A stretch of 64,000 bases of DNA from an uncultured Lachnospiraceae bacterium (GTDB taxonomy: Bacteria; Bacillota; Clostridia; UBA1381): NCBI GenBank assembly GCA_964388835.1, contig CAYMBZ010000003.1:880-64879 (forward strand). The letters run 5' to 3'. Numbering within the stretch: position 1 is the first letter of the stretch; each line of letters begins with the position of its first letter. The notes below the pieces were generated by a model, which saw only the letters and a list, made by a program, of their open reading frames with translations, searched no databases and was not told where the DNA came from. The position numbers and the translations under genes are program-made. Shown here piece after piece: positions 45,527 through 56,800 of the stretch.

Positions 45527-47767
45527 ATGACAAAAATCAAAAAAAGCATATGTATGCTGATAAGTGCCGTAATGCTGTTTGCCGGTGTTGTACCGATTAT
45601 GGCGGCGGAGAACGGCGTTGGTATCACAATCGGGTCGGAGAAGGTGGGCAACATCTTCTTCGGCGATGAAGAAGCAAAGTTTGATGTGGTATTTAAAAAC
45701 ACCTCCGGTACCGATAAGGATATTACGGCGACATATTCGGTTTACAAATATGACAATACGATGAAAGCCGTTTTAAGTAGTACCAATAACAGAAAAATTC
45801 ATATAAATGCCGGCGAGAAATTTACCGATACAATAGCGCCGGAGGCAAAGGAATACGCATTGTATAAGCTTGAGGTTAAGGTAGGCACCGAGATAACGTG
45901 TGCGGACTTCTCAAGAGCCGTAAGAAGCAACAACACAAACCCCACACTGGGTGTTTCGGCGCATTTAACCACTGTCGGAGATATTCATAACAGCCTTATG
46001 CTGGTAAATGCCGCAGGTATATCGAATTTGCGTGACGATTTCAGATGGAACGAAATTGAAAAAACAAAGGGCGATGTAAAGCTTACAAGCAGAATGAAAA
46101 CACTGATTTTGAATGCCGAAAGCTACGGAATAGACATTCTCCCTGTGATTTACGGTTGGAACTCACTTTATCAAAATGATACTAATAGTTTTGTAACCGA
46201 TGCAGATGCGATAAAGAGCTACGGAGTTTATCTGAAAAAGCTGATGCAGACGGATGAGTTTAAAAACTATATTAATAATGTAGAAATTCTGAACGAACCC
46301 GATTGTGCGAAGATTCCGGGATATGAAGCAACCGACGGAACAGCCGCATCAAACAAAGCGCGCGGTGCAGCATACGCCACGATTCTTAAGGAAGCTTACA
46401 CGGCAATCAAGGACGTAAAGCCGTCGGTTACGGTAGGTGCATTTTCAACCTGTTCGGTAAATACCGAGGGCACAAAGCAGTTTGTGCAGGCGGTGTTGGA
46501 CAATTTGGATGCGAAGTATTTTGATGCGGTAACAGAGCACCCATATTTCGGAAGCGGTTATACCGACGAGCAGCATAAAACATACCGTTACGGTACTTTG
46601 ATTAAAAGTCTGGGAGATTATCACGGACTTTTTACCGGTAAATTTGCGAACAGTACGAGATGGCATACCGAATACGGCTCAACGACAGCCGATGACGGAG
46701 GAAAAGGCTTCTCGGTTGCAAATCAGTACGAGCAGGCGGTGAAAGCAATCAGAGCATACAACACAATTAAGCGGTACAGCTTCTCAGATAAACTTTATCT
46801 GTACTGCCTTGCAAACAACGGCTCAAACGAAACAGCTACGGCAGATAACTACGGAATGTTGAGAGCGCACAATTACGAAACACCGTATGCGGCAAAAGCG
46901 ACATATCTTGCTGTAGCCAATATGAACAACATTTTGGGAAATGCAACGGAATGTATCACCGTTTCCGACGGAACGGACAGCTCTTTCATAACAAAGTACA
47001 CTGCCGACGACCGCGAAGTGTACATGATGTACTGCGAAAAGGGCAAAACCATGAAAAAAGCATACACACTGCCCTCCGGAGTAACTTTCTATGACCTTTA
47101 CGGAAACAAGCTGGACAATGTTTATACAGGCGGCAAATGCTCTTTGACAGAAGCGCCGATTTATGCGGTGATTGGTGAGGCACTGACTTCCGCAAAGGAG
47201 ATTGAGAACTTCAAAATTACAGGAAGTGTGCCGTCAGGCGCAGAGGGCAAAATGGTAACTCTTTCAGTTACCGAGGGAGATATTGAATTTGATGAAGTGA
47301 GCGCTGAAAATATGATTTACATTGATCAGCAGTTCACCGAGCAATACGGCAGATTTGAATTCGACATAGTGCTTGATACAAGCAAGAATTATACAGCTTA
47401 TGTTGTATCTTCGGACGATACCACACCGGTTTGCTTGAAACTTTCGGCTGAATCCGCGAAGAATATCGAGCTTGAGCTGTATACGGGAATTTCAAAAATC
47501 AAAAACGTGTCGGTAAGTACCGATGAGCTATCAAAAGCGTATGCAAAGGTTACCTACAACGATACCGGAGTAAAAGGCGGTAAGCTTTATCTTGCAATCT
47601 ACAACGGCAAAAAGCTTGTAGGCACAAAAATTGCCGATTCCGCGGCGGGTGAAGAAAAAGTTGACCTATCGGGAATAGCAGTAACAAGCTATGATAATAT
47701 CAAGCTTATGCTTTGGGATAAAACAAATGGTATGATACCGCTGTGCGACGTTTTGGACATAAAATAA
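45527..47767 (+). CDS. secreted clan GH-A-like hydrolase with Ig-like domains and a C-terminal beta-sandwich module (746 aa)
   Basis: Signal peptide. Motifs are NVEILNEPDC, VTEHPY and RWHTEYGST. The C-terminus reads ...KLYLAIYNGKKLVG...IKLMLWDKTNGMIPL. Confidence 0.65.
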   Translation: MTKIKKSICMLISAVMLFAGVVPIMAAENGVGITIGSEKVGNIFFGDEEAKFDVVFKNTSGTDKDITATYSVYKYDNTMKAVLSSTNNRKIHINAGEKFTDTIAPEAKEYALYKLEVKVGTEITCADFSRAVRSNNTNPTLGVSAHLTTVGDIHNSLMLVNAAGISNLRDDFRWNEIEKTKGDVKLTSRMKTLILNAESYGIDILPVIYGWNSLYQNDTNSFVTDADAIKSYGVYLKKLMQTDEFKNYINNVEILNEPDCAKIPGYEATDGTAASNKARGAAYATILKEAYTAIKDVKPSVTVGAFSTCSVNTEGTKQFVQAVLDNLDAKYFDAVTEHPYFGSGYTDEQHKTYRYGTLIKSLGDYHGLFTGKFANSTRWHTEYGSTTADDGGKGFSVANQYEQAVKAIRAYNTIKRYSFSDKLYLYCLANNGSNETATADNYGMLRAHNYETPYAAKATYLAVANMNNILGNATECITVSDGTDSSFITKYTADDREVYMMYCEKGKTMKKAYTLPSGVTFYDLYGNKLDNVYTGGKCSLTEAPIYAVIGEALTSAKEIENFKITGSVPSGAEGKMVTLSVTEGDIEFDEVSAENMIYIDQQFTEQYGRFEFDIVLDTSKNYTAYVVSSDDTTPVCLKLSAESAKNIELELYTGISKIKNVSVSTDELSKAYAKVTYNDTGVKGGKLYLAIYNGKKLVGTKIADSAAGEEKVDLSGIAVTSYDNIKLMLWDKTNGMIPLCDVLDIK

Positions 47768-47779
47768 GGAGGCAGTGTT

Positions 47780-50700
47780 ATGATAAAAAACAGAATAATT
47801 AAATATCTGCTTGTACTTGTCCTTGCGATACAGAGCATGTATATCCCGACGCTTGCCGAAGCGGCGGTGCCGACAAATATAGCCGAGGCGGAATTTTCCG
47901 TCTCGCCAAAGCTGACCAATATCCAATCAGCGGTTATGGGGGACAGCGAAACGGCGGTAACGGCGACCTATGACGGCAGAGCGTGCTGGGTTATGGACGT
48001 TTTAAAAGGAAACGCAAGCAGATACATAAATCTGAGTTTCAAAGAGGATTTTGTAAGCGATGTAACGGCCGAATATAATTTCGAAATCGATTATTTCGAT
48101 TACGGAACCGGGTATTTCGCTTACTACTACGATTCTTTGGAAAGCGATAACCGTTTTGGTCAGATGTTCTATCTGGAGAACCAAAGAAAATGGAGAACGG
48201 TGGAATTTACGATAAACAATGCTGATTTCCATAAGGGAATTGACGGAAAATACGATTTCCGTCTGACGATAAAGGCACCGTTCAGTCATACGCAGACAAC
48301 TTCTTCAAGTTCGGTTGCGATTTCAAGAATAAAAGTCACACGTGTTACGGGTAAAAACCCGGTTTATGTGACCGCAGATATCGATGAGAGCGGAAACTCT
48401 TTCCCATGGTTCAGTGAGGAAAAGGTTATACACAACCATTTTACCAACCGAACCGATGAGGCGTTAGAGCTTAACGTGAAATATCTCGCACTTTCCGATG
48501 AAGATCAGCGTATTTTGTTTGACAAAACCGAGCAGCTGACAATCGGAGTGGGCGAAACGGTGGATAAGGACCTTGACATAAGCGAATATGACCAGTGCAA
48601 TCTTTACGATTATAAGGTATACATCACAAACGACAAGGTTTCCTCAGAATTCGAGCCCCTTGAATTCTGTATCATCAAAACCGACCCGAACGGAATAAAG
48701 AATCGCAATGTTTACATCGGCACTCATACATGGCAGCGCGAAAATTATAAAGAAGCTGTCAGCGTTATGTCGAAAACGAACATCGGCGGAATGAGAGTGG
48801 ACGTTCCGTGGTGGCACGTTGAGTCAACCGCAAACGGCGCCGGAAATTATAAAATTTGGGGAACAACGGTAGGTAACCTGATTGAAGAGCTTTTGGCAAA
48901 CAATATTCATGTTCTTCCGCTTCTTTCGAGCCAATCCTTCGTTTATGCGAGAAACCACAGTATCTTCCCGTCAACCGAAGCACAGCTCAATGCGTACAGA
49001 AAGTACATGAAGTTTATCGGCGAAGAATTTGCGAAAAAGGGCGTTGAATATTTCGAAATATGGAACGAGCCGGACGTACACAACGGCGTAATTCTTGATG
49101 ACGGCGTAACCGAAATGGGCGGCGCATCTTATATGCCGGTATACAACATAGCTCAGGAGGAAATTAAAAGAGCCAACCCGAACGCAAAGGTTATGGGTGC
49201 GGCAACCTGTTGGGCGAGTACCTCGGACGTATTCCTGCAGCAGGCGATTGATGCGGGTTGGGCAAAGACGATAGACGTATTCTCAGGTCACCCGTATTAC
49301 AGAACGGCGGACGAGAAGAGCGTTGCGGCGCAATCGGTAATCAAATGGAAAGAAAAAATTGCCGAAGCCGGCGGTCCTCAGGACATTGAGGTATGGGATT
49401 CCGAGTGTGGTCTTACCACAGCCGATTCTTCTGTCGCAACCGACAAGAACCAGGCAAACTGGATGACAAGAAAGTGTATTTACATGCGTTCTATGGACGC
49501 AGGTGACGTAATCGGTTTGTTCACCTTTGAACAGCGCGGTATCGTTGCATATGACCGTGAGGACATGTACGGAAACGCGCGTCCGTATAACGCGGATCAG
49601 CTGTTCAACTGTAAGCCGTACACACCAAAGATTTCGCTGCTTGAGATTGCGGCACAGTGCTACGTAATGGCAGACAGCGAACCGACGGGAATTTTCGATA
49701 AAGACGAAAATGTACGTATTTATAAATACAAGAGCAACAAATTCGGAAAAGATATTATTTCGCTTTATTCGGTAGATACCGAAGATGTCGTAACCTTAAA
49801 GTTGGATGCAAAACAGCTTGACTATTACGATGAATTCGGCAATATGGAAACCGTGTACAGTGATGACGGTGTTTACACCTTTACGGTAGATGAGCGCCCA
49901 ATGTATCTTGTGGGCGATTTCTGTGACCCGGAGGTTGTAGAGGACAGATTCAACTATTCACAGTATGTGATTAACAGCTCAAAGAACGATTTTGCTGAAA
50001 TCGGCGTTACCGTTCCGTCGGACGAATACACTGTTGAAGCCGATGGCGGAAACGGACTTGAAATAGTGTCCACAAGCGATGTTGTGTCCAAACGCGCTGT
50101 AATCAGGGTAGGCGTAACTCTTGATAAGGACAAGCAATCTTACGTAACCGTAAGAGTTAAAAAGGACGGAAAAGTTGTTCAGAAATCGCAGATAAAAATC
50201 GTTTCAAACGAGGTTGTTGTAAGTAAACTTTCGGCAACACTTGCGGACAAGAGCAATTTGAATCGCTGGCATGGAGAAATGACCGTTGAAAATGCTTCAC
50301 AGACGAGAGCGGCAAAGGGTTATGTAAAATTTACTTACCCCGAAAGCTTTGCGGAGCTGAAGAAAATCGATATCGGAATAATCCCGAAAGGCACAACCGG
50401 CAAGATAAAATTCAGTTTGCCGGAGATTGTGGAAAAGGGTGAATATAACGTCAACTACGACATTGTTCTGGAAAATGGCGAAACGGTATCGTCCTCAACC
50501 AAACTGGACTTTACCATGGCGACATATGCCGAAAATAAACCGACGATTGACGGCATAATCGAAAAAGGCGAATGGGCGGAAAAATCCGCAATGTACATCA
50601 ACAAAGAGTCGCAGTACAAATCGCTCATCAAAACCGAGCCGTGGCGCGGTGTGAACGACTTGAACGGACGATTCGTGGTTGAATGGGACGAAGATAACTT

Positions 50701-51172
50701 CTACATGATGGCGGATATTGTCGATGATGTTCACATGAACGATTGGGACGGACGTTCAACCTACCTGGGTGACAGCTTACAGGTCGGCGTATATTACGGA
50801 AACCAAGGCTACATCGTTGCGGGACAGGGAGCAACCACTTTCCACCAGCTGACAATCGCACAGACGAACAGCGGCGCGGCGGAAGCCTACAGACACTTAT
50901 CTCAGGATGATTTCTGGAATGGCGAGGGCTATTGGGAAAACTACGAATGTGCCATCACCCGCAAGGGAAATCATACCTATTATGAATTCAAAATCCCGTG
51001 GTCAAGCTTGCTGAAAACGGGTCAGAACCCGGTTGAGGGAAACTCACTCGGATTTTCCGCAATGGTAAACGATAATGACGGAACAGGCCGCCGCGGCTGG
51101 CTGGAATACGCAAGCGGAATAGGCGAAACAAAGGATACATCGCTGTTTACTGCGATAAAACTAATTAAATAG
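47780..51172 (+). CDS. secreted clan GH-A-like hydrolase with C-terminal CBM9-like domain (1130 aa)
   Basis: Signal peptide. Motifs are YFEIWNEPDV, FSGHPY and IEVWDSECGLT. The C-terminus (about 50520-51172) reads TIDGIIEKGEWAEKS...WDEDNFYMMADIVDD...GDSLQVGV...MVNDNDGTGRRGWLEY. Confidence 0.7.
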   Translation: MIKNRIIKYLLVLVLAIQSMYIPTLAEAAVPTNIAEAEFSVSPKLTNIQSAVMGDSETAVTATYDGRACWVMDVLKGNASRYINLSFKEDFVSDVTAEYNFEIDYFDYGTGYFAYYYDSLESDNRFGQMFYLENQRKWRTVEFTINNADFHKGIDGKYDFRLTIKAPFSHTQTTSSSSVAISRIKVTRVTGKNPVYVTADIDESGNSFPWFSEEKVIHNHFTNRTDEALELNVKYLALSDEDQRILFDKTEQLTIGVGETVDKDLDISEYDQCNLYDYKVYITNDKVSSEFEPLEFCIIKTDPNGIKNRNVYIGTHTWQRENYKEAVSVMSKTNIGGMRVDVPWWHVESTANGAGNYKIWGTTVGNLIEELLANNIHVLPLLSSQSFVYARNHSIFPSTEAQLNAYRKYMKFIGEEFAKKGVEYFEIWNEPDVHNGVILDDGVTEMGGASYMPVYNIAQEEIKRANPNAKVMGAATCWASTSDVFLQQAIDAGWAKTIDVFSGHPYYRTADEKSVAAQSVIKWKEKIAEAGGPQDIEVWDSECGLTTADSSVATDKNQANWMTRKCIYMRSMDAGDVIGLFTFEQRGIVAYDREDMYGNARPYNADQLFNCKPYTPKISLLEIAAQCYVMADSEPTGIFDKDENVRIYKYKSNKFGKDIISLYSVDTEDVVTLKLDAKQLDYYDEFGNMETVYSDDGVYTFTVDERPMYLVGDFCDPEVVEDRFNYSQYVINSSKNDFAEIGVTVPSDEYTVEADGGNGLEIVSTSDVVSKRAVIRVGVTLDKDKQSYVTVRVKKDGKVVQKSQIKIVSNEVVVSKLSATLADKSNLNRWHGEMTVENASQTRAAKGYVKFTYPESFAELKKIDIGIIPKGTTGKIKFSLPEIVEKGEYNVNYDIVLENGETVSSSTKLDFTMATYAENKPTIDGIIEKGEWAEKSAMYINKESQYKSLIKTEPWRGVNDLNGRFVVEWDEDNFYMMADIVDDVHMNDWDGRSTYLGDSLQVGVYYGNQGYIVAGQGATTFHQLTIAQTNSGAAEAYRHLSQDDFWNGEGYWENYECAITRKGNHTYYEFKIPWSSLLKTGQNPVEGNSLGFSAMVNDNDGTGRRGWLEYASGIGETKDTSLFTAIKLIK

Positions 51173-51174
51173 GA

Positions 51175-53580
51175 ATGGGGAACAACGATATGAAAATGAA
51201 AAAAGCTGGATTGCTTGTAGCTTTTGCTATGATAATGCAATCGGTTGTCGGAATATGCGGAGTATCCGCGGCAAAACCCGGCAGCGAAAAAGTTATGTTC
51301 TATGATTTTAACAACTACAGTGCTACACCGGGTAGTCATGAGTTCCCGGACGAATATTGGGGTGCTGTAGACAACGGCCACGGAAACTACGGCTCAGCAT
51401 ATGACAGTGATCTTGATTCAACAGTGCTTCGCTCAAAGCAGGGCGCATGGACACTTTTGTATTTCGGCGAACTCTTTAACGAGGGCAAGCTCCACGTAAG
51501 CTTTGATATGCGCGTTGAGTCGGGAGAGAACCCGGCATCAGGTCTTGTGAGACTTTATGACGGACGTGGCACTACCGGGCCGATGGAAATTGTACCGGAC
51601 CCAAAAACCGGATATAACGACATTGCCTCAAACGTATTCACATGGAGCGCAAACGATTACAAAATTTATTACTTAGAAGGCTGGATGAACGGCGGCGTGG
51701 ACATGATTTCATGGAGAAACAACGTGTTGCCGCCTGTTGAGGCAGACGCAACCGAGTGGCACCACTTTGACCTTACTTTCGGGGAAATGACCGAGGTTGG
51801 CGCACAGGCGTGGTACTACATGGACGGCGTTAAGATGAACAGCAACCCGATTTACTTTACTACGGGAAGTAAGGGTTTTAAGGCGTTGCAGTTTAACGTA
51901 ACCGGCGGAGATATGTATCTCGATAACGTGTATGTACACCGCTATTATGACAGCACCGAAAACCTGATAGCCACGATTAACGGCGGCGAGGGTGTTGAAA
52001 CCGTTGAACCTACACTGGACATTAAGTTTTGTGAAAAGGTATCGGCGGACGATATCACCGAGGATAAAATTGTAATTGAAAGAAGCGTTGACGGTTATAA
52101 GATAAGCGATTTCGAAATCCTCTCAAAGGACGACCAATCGGTAAAAATTAAGGTAAACGAAACACTTCAATCTGGACTTTACACCTTTAAGGCGGCGGGT
52201 CTTACCGGTGTATACACAGGCTGTGTAATGAACAAGGCAATCGATTTCAGAACCGCTTTCCAAACAAAGGTTGTGGAAAAGAACTATAGCGAAGATGACT
52301 TTAATGATTACACGGCAGAGGACAATGCATATCCGTCCGGCTGGTTGACCGACACAAATGACAACACTTCAAATCCGGCGGTACGTGCAATTGAGCGTGC
52401 AGAGGGCAATGTTGCGTTCGGTATGCAGGTAACAAAACAAAATGTGCGTAGACCGTATTACCAGTTTGAAGAGGAAATTGAAGCAAATAAAGAAATAAAT
52501 GTTGAATTTGACGTTTATACCGACGGCGCAGAGTGGGGATTCTATCTGCTGAACAGTGAGCCGAGAGATAGCAAGAATATGGCAAAGCGTGATGAAATCA
52601 TCATCGGCGGAACAGCAAACGATTCCGCTCTTAAATACGCAAGTGCGGCTATGACAACATGTGATTCCAAATTTAACGATGCATGTGTTGTAACACCGGA
52701 TGAGTGGCATACGGTAAGCCTTAGAATTATTCCGGATAAAGCCACAAGCACAACCTTAAAGGTTAAGGTAGACGGCGGAACGGAATATACGGCAACCGTA
52801 AACCGCGACTTTACACAGAAAAGTGTTAAGTATATGGCATTGGGTGTTAAGGGTGCAAGTTCGGAAGAGGGCAGTACCAACGTGCTTTATATCGATAACC
52901 TTTCCGTTAAGTCACAGGGTGTGGCATATAAGCCGGAGGTTGACCAAATTGTTCTTAAGGAATACACAGGCGATACCTACAAAACAAGCGAAACAATCCC
53001 GGTAGGAATTACCGATATCGATATCCGCTTTAACACAGAGGTTAAGAGTGCCGGAATCGAAAGCTTTGTAAAGCTTAAACAGGGTGGCGCCGATGTAAGC
53101 GCGGATTATGAAATGTCAGGGGACAAGAAAACATTGACATTAAAGCTCCCGACCCCGCTTGAGTCGGACGGAAGTTACACAATCAGTGTGTTAAAGGGAA
53201 TTGAAACCGATATTTCAAGTGATATCAAATCCGAGGTTGACTTTGTGCAGAACTTTAAGACCCCGAAAACGGCGGATTTCTACACAATTTACAACAACTC
53301 AATCGAAAGCGGAAATTCCTTTAAGGTTAATATGGTAAAAACCGATGCCTCAAGCAACAAGTATACCGCGGCAATCTGCGGCTATGAACTTGTAAATGAC
53401 GGCACAAAGGATTTTGAGCTTATGAAGAGCGTTAAGCTTGTTCCGATTGAGCTTAAAACAAGCGACACGGGATATTTTGAATTTGAAACAGATGAGCTGG
53501 ATGCCGATACATATGACGTAATCCGCGCATACATTTTTGAATATCCATCAATGCAATTGGTAACGGTAGTTACAAAATAA
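51175..53580 (+). CDS. secreted non-catalytic protein with two ConA/LamG-like modules, Ig-like domains and a C-terminal beta-sandwich module (801 aa; start may be ATG 51190)
   Basis: Signal peptide. Core strands are EWHHFDLTFGE...AWYYMDGVK and EWHTVSLRIIPDKATSTTLKVKVDGG, with MYLDNVYV and LYIDNLSV closing strands. Confidence 0.6.
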   Translation: MGNNDMKMKKAGLLVAFAMIMQSVVGICGVSAAKPGSEKVMFYDFNNYSATPGSHEFPDEYWGAVDNGHGNYGSAYDSDLDSTVLRSKQGAWTLLYFGELFNEGKLHVSFDMRVESGENPASGLVRLYDGRGTTGPMEIVPDPKTGYNDIASNVFTWSANDYKIYYLEGWMNGGVDMISWRNNVLPPVEADATEWHHFDLTFGEMTEVGAQAWYYMDGVKMNSNPIYFTTGSKGFKALQFNVTGGDMYLDNVYVHRYYDSTENLIATINGGEGVETVEPTLDIKFCEKVSADDITEDKIVIERSVDGYKISDFEILSKDDQSVKIKVNETLQSGLYTFKAAGLTGVYTGCVMNKAIDFRTAFQTKVVEKNYSEDDFNDYTAEDNAYPSGWLTDTNDNTSNPAVRAIERAEGNVAFGMQVTKQNVRRPYYQFEEEIEANKEINVEFDVYTDGAEWGFYLLNSEPRDSKNMAKRDEIIIGGTANDSALKYASAAMTTCDSKFNDACVVTPDEWHTVSLRIIPDKATSTTLKVKVDGGTEYTATVNRDFTQKSVKYMALGVKGASSEEGSTNVLYIDNLSVKSQGVAYKPEVDQIVLKEYTGDTYKTSETIPVGITDIDIRFNTEVKSAGIESFVKLKQGGADVSADYEMSGDKKTLTLKLPTPLESDGSYTISVLKGIETDISSDIKSEVDFVQNFKTPKTADFYTIYNNSIESGNSFKVNMVKTDASSNKYTAAICGYELVNDGTKDFELMKSVKLVPIELKTSDTGYFEFETDELDADTYDVIRAYIFEYPSMQLVTVVTK

Positions 53581-53835
53581 TTCGGTAATTTAAGCGCTTC
53601 TGCGCCGAGGAATACGGCATGCTCTTACAGCCGCCCTCCCAACGGAAATTGTTGACGGGATTTTCGGTAAGAGAGGCGGCGCGCAAAGCCTTTGCTCGGT
53701 GCGTGTGCGTGACAGTAGCATATGCACCGCAAAAAGAGAGTTGCGCCTGACTTTGGCGGCGTAAGGATTTGCCTATATACAAGTCACAGAAACGTTAAAT
53801 TAAATATAAATGTAAAAAATAAAGGAGCGAGAAAA

Positions 53836-56800
53836 TTGAAAAAGCAAAATTTTAAAAAATTATTGTGCGCACTCTTGAGTGCATCGCTTATGGCTTCCGG
53901 TATGACAGCATTTGCAAGTAACGGCAGCTCACGATACACCTTGTCTGCATTTCAAACCTTTGGCGACTATGTAAAAGAGGATGACAGTGCTGTTTATCCG
54001 GACGGCTGGGCAAAATGGGTACAGGGCAGCGGTGCCGTAAACCTGCGCGGAAAAACAGAAATCACCACAGGCTCAAACGCAATGTATGTTCTTACTAATG
54101 CTATTCCGAGATTTAATTTCGATACACTGGTTCAAGAGGGTATTGCCCACATCGGTTTTGATATGAAGCTTGAAGAGGGTGCCGGTGTAAGAATCATGGG
54201 TTCGACCGACTTTACAGGCTCTAAGAATCCGAACTCTGTTTATCATGACAGCCACGAACTAGTTGTACAGAACTATTACCTTGATTTGAATTACGCAATA
54301 GGTGGTAAGGTGACACTTTTTACCGGTGATGCCGGAATACAAGTATGGTCTACCGAAACTGTAGATGAATCCGATACTGCCTGGCACAGATATGATTTGA
54401 TAATCGATATGGAGCATGGAACATATACACCATATATCGATGGCGCGAAAATAGTGAAGAGTCAAACGGTTGCAGGAGAAGATGATGAGGGTAACTCAAT
54501 ATATGAGTATACATATTATGAAAATCTGAAATCCAACTATAACCTGAAAAATATCTACTTCCAGACAACAGGCGGCAACATTTGGTTGGATAACTTCACC
54601 GCGGAGAACTATGCAACACCGGCAGAGGGCGTTTTGGCGGCACCGCAGGTAAAGGCAGATTTCAACAACGGTAAGGTTGACATTGCGTATTCCGAAGCTG
54701 TTAATTTGTCAAGCGTTGCGGCAAGCAGTGTCAGCGCAACCAATGTGGAGACAGGTAATACGGTATCTGCAACAGCATTTACAAAAACAGCTACCGGCGC
54801 GGTAATCGACTTTGGTGATTTGCCAAACGGCACATACTATGTAAATCTTCCGAGAGTTTCGGGCAAAATCAGCGGTAAGACGGCAGTTGGCAATCCTGCT
54901 TTCTCTGTTGTAAAAACAATCAATGCAAATGAAAAAGAGCTTGTTTTGATTGATGAGGATTTTGCGGACTATACCGGCGAGGGCGCTCCGACAGGTTGGG
55001 CAACATTGACAACCGGTACATATGACAAAGCAACCCTCACGCAGGGCACAAAGGGCAACGGCGAAAAGACATTCGTAATGTCCGGCAATGGTGCAGGTTC
55101 ATATTACTATAACTTTGACGGCGGCTATGCGCTCCATGGTGAAAACTTCACTGTTGAATTTGACGTAAACAGCGCAAACGCAGGCTGGGGAATCGGTATT
55201 ATGCGTGATTCCGATATGAATACCTATAAGTATTCAACAATGGACAGATACAACGGAACATTCGGCAATACGGACTATAGTGTTATCGCAGGCAGATATC
55301 AGAAAGTAAACAATATGTTTGCCGGTGTATATGAGTATTTGAATTCAGAAGATACTAGTGAAGAAAATAGTGTAAAGGGAACATTTGTAACTCAAAATAA
55401 TGTATATAACCTTTGGACTTTGGCGAAAACGTCCAATTCAGCTAACAAAGCAACAGAATATGACTACGGCACATGGGCACACTTTAAGCTCAACATCAAC
55501 CCACAGGCGGGTAAGGTAGACGTATATAAAGACGGAGAATTTGTTGTACAAAACACCTATCCGGTAAATATGTTTGCCGGAGTAAAGCAGACAGATGATG
55601 AAAACAAGAACCCAACTTATTCAGACGGTATCGCCGGTATCAGACTTCATAAGGAAGCGGGCTGCAGTTCGGTAGCTTTTGCAAATATAAAGGTTTCAAA
55701 GGATAATTCTTATCTTACATATCAGGATTTTGAGGGTAGAGTAACTGCAAATGAGAACTCTGTAGGCTGGATTGCCGGAGCATACATTGGTTGGTATCAG
55801 GACGGTGTTAAAAAAGGTGGTGTATACGAGGGTCAGGATCAAACAAAAACACAATTTAAAACCACAGCCGGTAAAAACAGTAATACAGCACTTGAAATAT
55901 ACAGTATGAAGGGGGCTGAACGTTGGGAAGCGGTAAAGACTATACTGAATAAGCCGGTTACAAAAGGAAAAGGATTTGTTATAGAATTTGACGCAAAGAA
56001 GAGTACAGGCAACGGCTGGTTTATGGGTGCTGCAACTACGGCAGGTGCTACAGTAGGAACTGTAACCGGCACTTTGCTGCAGATTAAAAATGACGGTAAA
56101 GTTCAATTCGGAACAGGATATGATAGTAACTACACACAACCGGGCTACGGTGACGATTATGGAACGGAAAAAAACCCGGTAACAATAGGTGACGGAGTTT
56201 GGTATCACTACAAGTATATAATAAATCCGAATACAGCTGATGACGGAAACAAGACAACAAGATATTTGCAGATAACAGATGAAAGTGGTAATACACAGGA
56301 ATTATACGCGAATGTACGGAATGACAATGTTGCAAACAGATTGAGAAATGAAAATACAGTTGCAATCGAATTTATGGCTAACTGGACACCTGCGGGAGTT
56401 CCGTTTGCAATCGACAACCTCAAGGTATGGGAAATCGAGCCGGACGATGCGACAGGTAAAGAACCTACAAACAAGAGCGTATACATGCAGTACGCAAAGG
56501 CAGTAAGCTATGACGGCAGTGAAGAGTTCTTTGAAACAGATCTTGATAAGTTGAAAGATACAAAGGAATTGGTATTCAAGTTCTCAGACAAGCTGACAGA
56601 GGATGCAAAATCAAAAATCAGCGTTAAGGTTAACGAAGCAGAAATAGGAACAAAGACAATAGACGGCGACAAGCTCATCGTCTCACTTGCGGGAGTTGTT
56701 ATTCCGGAAAATAAATCTGTAAAAATCAAGGTTGAAAGCGGAATTGCGTGCGAAGGTGGCGTTACTGAAGATAGCCATTCATACGATATAAGTTCACACA

